A stretch of 64,000 nt of DNA from an uncultured Bacteroidota bacterium (GTDB lineage Bacteria > Bacteroidota > Bacteroidia > Flavobacteriales > BACL11), in NCBI GenBank assembly GCA_902579065.1, contig CACHFI010000002.1, positions 2,205-66,204 on the forward strand, read 5' to 3'. The stretch's first letter is position 1, and each line of letters begins with the position of its first letter. Position numbers and translations under genes: made by a program. The notes below the pieces were generated by a model. The model was not told the origin of the DNA. It searched no databases and saw only the letters and a program-made list of their open reading frames with translations. Positions 58,646-64,000 of the stretch are shown here, piece after piece.

Positions 58646-59290
58646 TTAGTAAAAAAATCCTTTTGTAATAAATACAAAAGGATAAATTTCTAGAATGCAA
58701 AGATACAAAAATATATATACTGATGAAAGGCCAAATGAATTAGTGCCTACTTGCCAAATCCAGTATAATTTAAAAACAAGGAAACATACAGAGAAAAATA
58801 AAATTATAGATAGAATTATATGATTAATATTAAATGCAAAAAAGAATAAAATCAAAATAAACGGAGTAATAATTATACCTAATGCTTTATCAGACAAGAA
58901 AGAATAAAAAACTGTTAAACGAGATATTTCTTCAGCAAATAACATTTTTCCCAAAAAATTTAATATTAAATATTTCAGTAGATAAAAGCTTGCGATTGAA
59001 AGAAAAATTGAGAAATAGCTTCCAAAAAAGGAATAATAAGATTTATTAAAAATTAATAACAATGAAAAATTTAGTATTAAAATTAAAAATGCGATCCAGC
59101 TAACTCTTTCTGTAAATGCATTATCTTGTCTTAAATATTGGCTTGCATACCTGTATTGAAAAGGTGCGTTTAACATCAATCTTGTATATTTCCAATAAAA
59201 TGCTCTTAATAAGCCTAAAAGAAAAATAGATCCTAAAATTATACTAAATATAAAAGAATTATCAATTAATATTTGTGGTATAGGTAGCAT
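58646..59290 (-). CDS. DUF4271-family integral membrane protein
   Basis: Six or so hydrophobic helices, in the conserved pairing with the hemD-like gene in Bacteroidetes. Confidence 0.5.
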   Translation of the reverse strand: MLPIPQILIDNSFIFSIILGSIFLLGLLRAFYWKYTRLMLNAPFQYRYASQYLRQDNAFTERVSWIAFLILILNFSLLLIFNKSYYSFFGSYFSIFLSIASFYLLKYLILNFLGKMLFAEEISRLTVFYSFLSDKALGIIITPFILILFFFAFNINHIILSIILFFSVCFLVFKLYWIWQVGTNSFGLSSVYIFLYLCILEIYPFVFITKGFFY

Positions 59291-59383
59291 AATTATAGCA
59301 AAAATACCTTTTTAAACATTTTAAATAAATTAGTTATTCATTAATCTTATTAAAAACAATATTTTTGTAAAAATTTTAATGAT

Positions 59384-60562
59384 ATGAAACAAGATCTTTT
59401 TCAAGCTCCAGATTATTTTAATATGGATGAGCTACTTACGGATGAACACAAATTAATTAGAGAGGCAGCTAGAGAATGGGTAAAAAAAGAAATCTCTCCT
59501 ATAATTGAAGATGCATGTCAAAAGGCCGAATTCCCGAGTCAAATTTTGCCTGGACTTGCAGAAATAGGTGCTTTTGGACCATATATTCCTGTTGAATATG
59601 GTGGAGCTGGATTAGATAACATATCATACGGTATCATTATGCAGGAACTTGAGCGAGGAGACAGTGGTATTAGGTCTACAGCATCAGTACAATCTTCTCT
59701 TGTAATGTATCCAATATTCAAGTATGGAAATGAAGATCAGCGCAAAAAATATCTACCCAAATTAGCTACTGGCGAACTTATGGGGTGTTTTGGATTAACT
59801 GAGCCTGATCACGGTTCAAATCCTGGTGGAATGACTACGAACATAAAAGATATGGGGGATCATTTTATTCTTAATGGTGCTAAAATGTGGATTTCTAACT
59901 CTCCCTTTGCAGATATTGCTGTAGTTTGGGCAAAAAACGAAGAAGGACGTATAAAAGGAGTGATTGTTGAAAGAGGGATGGAGGGGTTTACAACACCTGA
60001 AACTCATAACAAATGGAGTTTAAGGGCTTCAGCAACTGGAGAACTAGTTTTTGATAATGTAAAAATTCCAAAAGAAAATATTTTGCCAAATAAAGATGGG
60101 CTTGGAGCCCCACTTGGGTGTTTGGACTCGGCAAGGTATGGAATTGCTTGGGGAGCAATTGGTGCGGCAATGGACTGCTACGATACAGCTCTAAGATATT
60201 CAAAAGAAAGGATTCAATTTGGTAAGCCAATTGCCGCTTTTCAACTTCAACAAAAGAAACTTGCAGAAATGATAACTGAAATAACAAAAGCTCAGTTTAT
60301 TACCCTAAGATTAGGGCAACTTAAAAATGAAGATAAAGCAACCTCCGCTCAAATATCTATGTGTAAAAGAAATAATGTAGAAATGGCTTTGAACATCACA
60401 AGAGAAGCAAGGCAAATCCTTGGGGGGATGGGAATAACTGGGGAATATTCTATTATGAGACATATGATGAACTTAGAATCTGTGATCACATATGAAGGAA
60501 CCCATGACATACATCTTCTCATTACAGGATTAGATATTACAGGCGAAAATGCATTTAAATAA
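59384..60562 (+). CDS. gcdH: Glutaryl-CoA dehydrogenase (acyl-CoA dehydrogenase family)
   Basis: DSGIRSTASVQSSLVMYPI, GCFGLTEPDHGSNPGGM, ARYGIAWGAIGAA and C-terminal TYEGTHDIHLLITG..ITG follow the GCDH pattern. Confidence 0.8.
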   Translation: MKQDLFQAPDYFNMDELLTDEHKLIREAAREWVKKEISPIIEDACQKAEFPSQILPGLAEIGAFGPYIPVEYGGAGLDNISYGIIMQELERGDSGIRSTASVQSSLVMYPIFKYGNEDQRKKYLPKLATGELMGCFGLTEPDHGSNPGGMTTNIKDMGDHFILNGAKMWISNSPFADIAVVWAKNEEGRIKGVIVERGMEGFTTPETHNKWSLRASATGELVFDNVKIPKENILPNKDGLGAPLGCLDSARYGIAWGAIGAAMDCYDTALRYSKERIQFGKPIAAFQLQQKKLAEMITEITKAQFITLRLGQLKNEDKATSAQISMCKRNNVEMALNITREARQILGGMGITGEYSIMRHMMNLESVITYEGTHDIHLLITGLDITGENAFK

Positions 60563-60565
60563 GAT

Positions 60566-61126
60566 TTATAATACTTTACTTACCTCATAAAGTTTATTAT
60601 AAAATTGCTGCCCATATTTTCTAATTAAAGGCTCCTTTAAAAATTTAAATACCGGAATTTGCATCTCATTACCTAACTTACAGGCAGAAGAACATATTTT
60701 ATTTGATTCATAATTTATAGCATCAAACTTTTCGTATTCTGTAATGCGTATTGGATACAAATGACAGGAAATTGGTTTTTTGAAATTGATTTTTTTATCA
60801 ATGTAGGCTTTTTCAATTGCACATTTTGAAATTCCATTTTCAAAAACTACATATACGCACTCTCTGTCATTAATTAACGGGGTAGTTAGGTCTCCTTCCT
60901 GATCCACAACATAAACCCCCTTTTTTTCAACAACTTCAAGTCCTTTTTCTGACATGTAGCTCTTTACTTTTTTATGAATTTTTTTTAGCTCCTTAATTTC
61001 AGATTTAAGAAGTGGCGCGCCAGAATCACCTTCAACACAACAAGCGCCTTTACAAGAGGTAAGGTCACAAACAAATTTTTTTTCAAAAATTTCCTTTGAA
61101 ATAATTTTTCCATCAATTTCAATCAT
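60566..61126 (-). CDS. DUF3109-family Cys-rich protein
   Basis: FVCDLTSCKGACCVEGDSGAPL N-terminal cysteine cluster. Confidence 0.6.
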   Translation of the reverse strand: MIEIDGKIISKEIFEKKFVCDLTSCKGACCVEGDSGAPLLKSEIKELKKIHKKVKSYMSEKGLEVVEKKGVYVVDQEGDLTTPLINDRECVYVVFENGISKCAIEKAYIDKKINFKKPISCHLYPIRITEYEKFDAINYESNKICSSACKLGNEMQIPVFKFLKEPLIRKYGQQFYNKLYEVSKVL

Positions 61127-61173
61127 ATTGTAAAATTACATAATTATAATTTGAGAATTATTAGATTTGTGCT

Positions 61174-62706
61174 ATGACAAATAATGAGGATTTATTTAAA
61201 AAAATCATAGGTCATTGTAAAGAATATGGCTTTGTTTTTCAATCATCTGAAATATATGATGGATTATCTGCAGCATACGATTATGGACCAAATGGTGTTG
61301 AACTCAAAAACAACATTAAAGAATATTGGTGGAAATCTATGGTTAATATGCATGAAAATATAGTCGGAATAGATTCCTCAATTTTCATGCACCCCACAAC
61401 ATGGAAAGCGTCAGGACATGTTGATGCATTTAATGATCCTCTAATTGATAATAAGGATTCTAAAAAAAGATATCGAGCTGATGTTTTAATTGAAAATTAT
61501 ATACAAAAAATTGAAAATAAAATTCAGAAAGATATAGAAAAGGCGAGTAAAAAATTTGGAGATCAATTTAATAAAAATGAATTCATCACTACTAATAAAA
61601 GAGTGATAGAGCGAAATCAAAAAATTGAAGAAATAAAAAAAGTTTTAACCAATTCTTTGTCTGAAAACAACCTTTCTGATATAAAAAGTTTAATTGAAGA
61701 ATTAGAAATAAAATGTCCTATTTCAGGCACATGCAATTGGACAGACGTAAGACAATTTAATTTAATGTTCAAAACTGAAATTGGATCTACATCTGAATCA
61801 AGTTCCGAAATTTATTTGCGTCCAGAAACTGCACAAGGAATTTTTGTGAATTTTTTAAATGTTCAAAAATCATCAAGAATGAAAATTCCTTTCGGAATTG
61901 CACAAATCGGAAAAGCTTTTAGAAATGAAATTATTGCACGACAATTTATTTTTAGAATGAGAGAATTTGAGCAAATGGAAATGCAATTTTTTGTTAGACC
62001 TGGAGAAGAAATGAAATGGTACGAATATTGGAAAAAAGCTAGATTAAGTTGGCACAAAAATCTTAACATGGGTAATAAAAACTACAAATTCCATGACCAC
62101 GAAAACCTAGCTCATTATGCCAATGCTGCATGTGATATTGAATTCAAATTTCCATTTGGCTTTAAAGAACTGGAGGGAATTCATTCAAGAACAGACTTTG
62201 ATCTAAAAGCACACATGCAATATTCAGGTAAAAAAATGCAATACTTTGATCCTGAAATCAATGAGCATTATGTTCCATATGTTGTTGAAACCTCTATTGG
62301 TCTTGATAGAATGTTCTTGGCGATTTTAACTAGTTCGTATGTAGAAGAAATGGTTAGTGATGATGAAAAAAGAATCGTTTTAAAAATTCCTCCTCAACTT
62401 GCCCCTATTAAACTAGCTATTCTTCCTTTAACAAAAAAGGATGGGCTTCCTGAAAAAGCAAGAGAAATTCTCCACTCTCTTCAAACTGATTTTAAATGTC
62501 AATACGAAGAAAAAGATTCTATTGGAAAAAGATATAGAAGGCAAGATGCAATAGGAACACCATACTGTATAACTATTGATCATGAAACACTTGACAATAA
62601 TTCTGTGACATTAAGAAATCGAGACAGCATGAAACAAGAACGCATTAAAATTAGCGAACTTAAATCAACAGTACTTAATAAACTAGACATATCTAGCATC
62701 TTATAA
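61174..62706 (+). CDS. glyQS: Glycyl-tRNA synthetase (class II, alpha2 type)
   Basis: GFVFQSSEIYDG, LRPETAQGIF, FRNEI..R..IFR.REFEQME and ETSIGLDR motifs. Confidence 0.95.
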   Translation: MTNNEDLFKKIIGHCKEYGFVFQSSEIYDGLSAAYDYGPNGVELKNNIKEYWWKSMVNMHENIVGIDSSIFMHPTTWKASGHVDAFNDPLIDNKDSKKRYRADVLIENYIQKIENKIQKDIEKASKKFGDQFNKNEFITTNKRVIERNQKIEEIKKVLTNSLSENNLSDIKSLIEELEIKCPISGTCNWTDVRQFNLMFKTEIGSTSESSSEIYLRPETAQGIFVNFLNVQKSSRMKIPFGIAQIGKAFRNEIIARQFIFRMREFEQMEMQFFVRPGEEMKWYEYWKKARLSWHKNLNMGNKNYKFHDHENLAHYANAACDIEFKFPFGFKELEGIHSRTDFDLKAHMQYSGKKMQYFDPEINEHYVPYVVETSIGLDRMFLAILTSSYVEEMVSDDEKRIVLKIPPQLAPIKLAILPLTKKDGLPEKAREILHSLQTDFKCQYEEKDSIGKRYRRQDAIGTPYCITIDHETLDNNSVTLRNRDSMKQERIKISELKSTVLNKLDISSIL

Positions 62707-62710
62707 TTTT

Positions 62711-62737
62711 ACCAGCTACTTGTTGGTTTATTATTTT
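62711..62737 (+). terminator. Weak candidate intrinsic terminator after glyQS
   Basis: ACCAGC (62711-62716) / GTTGGT (62722-62727) forms a 6-bp stem including one G-U pair, with loop TACTT, followed by the T-rich TTATTATTTT. Confidence 0.25.
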
Positions 62738-62798
62738 GGACCTAAGTTGTGCTTATATTCCAATAGCTATGTTGGCGTGGAGAATGTCAAAAAAATAA

Positions 62799-63152
62799 TT
62801 ACTTATCTCTTTTAATTTTTGCTGAAATTTTGGTAAAAACTGAATCAATTGGAACGTTTAATTTTTCAACCTCGACCTCAACATTATGAACATAATCTAA
62901 AGTTAGTATTTGATCAGCAATTCTTGCTGCAACATGTTCAATCATATTAGATCTAATTGCCATTTGCTCTTCAACAATATTAATTAGTTTAACATAGTCA
63001 ACTGTATCCTGTAAATCATCTGATTTTTCTACCTCACTTGTATCAGAATTTACATAAACATTAACAATAAAATGACCGCCTAAAACTGCCTCTTCTGGTA
63101 AATGGCCGTGATATGCAAATAATTTAATTCCTTCTATCTTAATTAATCCCAT
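62799..63152 (-). CDS. folB: Dihydroneopterin aldolase
   Basis: 117 aa. IKIEGIKLFAYHGHLPEE and DTVDY blocks are typical of FolB. Confidence 0.85.
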   Translation of the reverse strand: MGLIKIEGIKLFAYHGHLPEEAVLGGHFIVNVYVNSDTSEVEKSDDLQDTVDYVKLINIVEEQMAIRSNMIEHVAARIADQILTLDYVHNVEVEVEKLNVPIDSVFTKISAKIKRDK

Positions 63153-63153
63153 A

Positions 63154-64000
63154 CTAAATATTATTAATAGCTGTTTCTATTCTTGTAAGTGTTTCTTTTT
63201 TGCCAATAATCTCAGAAATATTAAATAATGAGGGGCCCATTCCAATTCCTGTTAATGCTAGCCTAAACTGAGGAAGTAATTGACCCATTCCAATATTAAA
63301 CTGTGCTAAAATTCCTTGAAACTCTAATTGTATTTTATTTGAAGTAAATTCATCAAGATTTAAAAGTCTTGCTTTTAATGCTTCAAGAATCTCAGGGGTG
63401 TTTTCTTTCCATTTTTTTCTAACCGTCTTTTCATCATAGTTAGTTGGAGCTTCAAAAAAATATCTTCCCTCATTTAGCATGTCTGAAACAAATGTTGCCC
63501 GTTCTTTCAATTCATTACAAACTCTAACAACAAACTTTTTTTCAGCACTAAAACCCTGTTCTTTTAATAGAGGAATAAGTTCATCAGCTAAATCAAAATC
63601 ATCCTTATTTCTTAAATACTGCTGGTTAAACCATTTTGTTTTATCAAAATCAAATTTTGCTCCTGACTTACCTACTCTTTCAAGCGAAAATTCTTTTATT
63701 AATTCTTCCAAAGAAAAAATCTCCTTTGTTGTACCAGGGTTCCAACCCAAAAGAGACAGCATATTTATAAATGATTCTGGGTAATATCCTTCTTCCCTAT
63801 AGCCTGAACTTATTTCTAGGCTTTCAGGATTTTTCCATTCAGTTGGAAATACAGGAAAACCTAGTCTATCACCATCTCTTTTACTTAATTTACCATTTCC
63901 ATCTGGCTTTAATATGAGTGGTAAATGTGCAAATTCTGGCATTTCTTTTTCCCAGCCCAAATATTTGTAAAGTAAAACATGTAAGGGTGCAGATGGAAGC
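63154..64000 (-). CDS. gltX: Glutamyl-tRNA synthetase, C-terminal two-thirds (5' end outside window)
   Basis: KLSKR (KMSKS-type) motif in FAHLPLILKPDGNGKLSKRDG. The frame stays open upstream of the TTG at 63960 to the window edge (...PSAPLHVLLYKYLGWE). Confidence 0.9.
   Translation of the reverse strand, partial: LPSAPLHVLLYKYLGWEKEMPEFAHLPLILKPDGNGKLSKRDGDRLGFPVFPTEWKNPESLEISSGYREEGYYPESFINMLSLLGWNPGTTKEIFSLEELIKEFSLERVGKSGAKFDFDKTKWFNQQYLRNKDDFDLADELIPLLKEQGFSAEKKFVVRVCNELKERATFVSDMLNEGRYFFEAPTNYDEKTVRKKWKENTPEILEALKARLLNLDEFTSNKIQLEFQGILAQFNIGMGQLLPQFRLALTGIGMGPSLFNISEIIGKKETLTRIETAINNI

Noticed and set aside
62707-62798. Mini-ORF ATGTTGGCGTGGAGAATGTCAAAAAAATAA (9 aa) between the convergent glyQS and folB
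   Set aside because: It is too short, with no ribosome-binding or conservation evidence available from the sequence alone.
1-64000. Search for mobile elements, prophage, integrases, toxin-antitoxin pairs, restriction-modification or other defence islands
   Set aside because: Every ORF of 60 aa or more that is not antisense to a confident gene could be assigned to housekeeping, catabolic or conserved-hypothetical Bacteroidetes families. No transposase or integrase motifs, inverted terminal repeats or tRNA-flanked islands were seen.

Overview
AT-rich (roughly two-thirds A+T by eye), very gene-dense segment that looks like a streamlined Bacteroidota/Flavobacteriia chromosome. Supporting signs are Por/T9SS C-terminal sorting domains, a CarboxypepD_reg-type TonB-dependent receptor, DUF4296/DUF4197/DUF4271/DUF3098/DUF3109 families and TAnnTTTG-type promoter boxes. 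I see no rRNA, tRNA, CRISPR array, transposase, integrase or phage genes; the largest intergenic gap is about 155 bp. Most of the window is housekeeping: yceD-rpmF-fabH-accB-accC, acs, pyrC, tyrS, gpmI, leuS, ftsX, uppP, truB, queA, ispD, rlmN, ispB, dnaG, recJ, rsmI, tdk, alr, yidD-rnpA, glyQS, folB and gltX. Three accessory modules stand out. (1) 4261-11943 (+) is a glycoprotein/N-glycan core salvage operon: glycosylasparaginase, GH20 hexosaminidase, GH92 mannosidase and a FucP-type MFS. (2) 11946-17844 (-) is a secreted two-HKD phospholipase-D-type enzyme, a TonB-dependent receptor and a lamin-tail-domain T9SS protein, possibly for extracellular DNA or phosphodiester scavenging. (3) 29873-38632 (-) is a tightly packed nine-gene kynurenine operon: TDO, an atypical SDR, aminomuconate-semialdehyde dehydrogenase, a RidA-type deaminase, HAAO, ACMSD, a cyclase-like putative formamidase, kynureninase and KMO. 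Module 3 looks like the animal-type tryptophan to 2-oxoadipate route, and a glutaryl-CoA dehydrogenase lies 21 kb away. The best candidate for something undescribed is the SDR-fold protein with substituted catalytic residues inside this operon, which could be the long-missing 2-aminomuconate/4-oxalocrotonate reductase step. Other items worth a look are two frameshifts at 8-nt homopolymers, a 10-bp x4 tandem repeat at the kmo/DUF4197 junction that can change reading frame, and a GC-rich acidic mini-lipoprotein gene. All functional calls come from reading motifs in the supplied translations; no database search was run.
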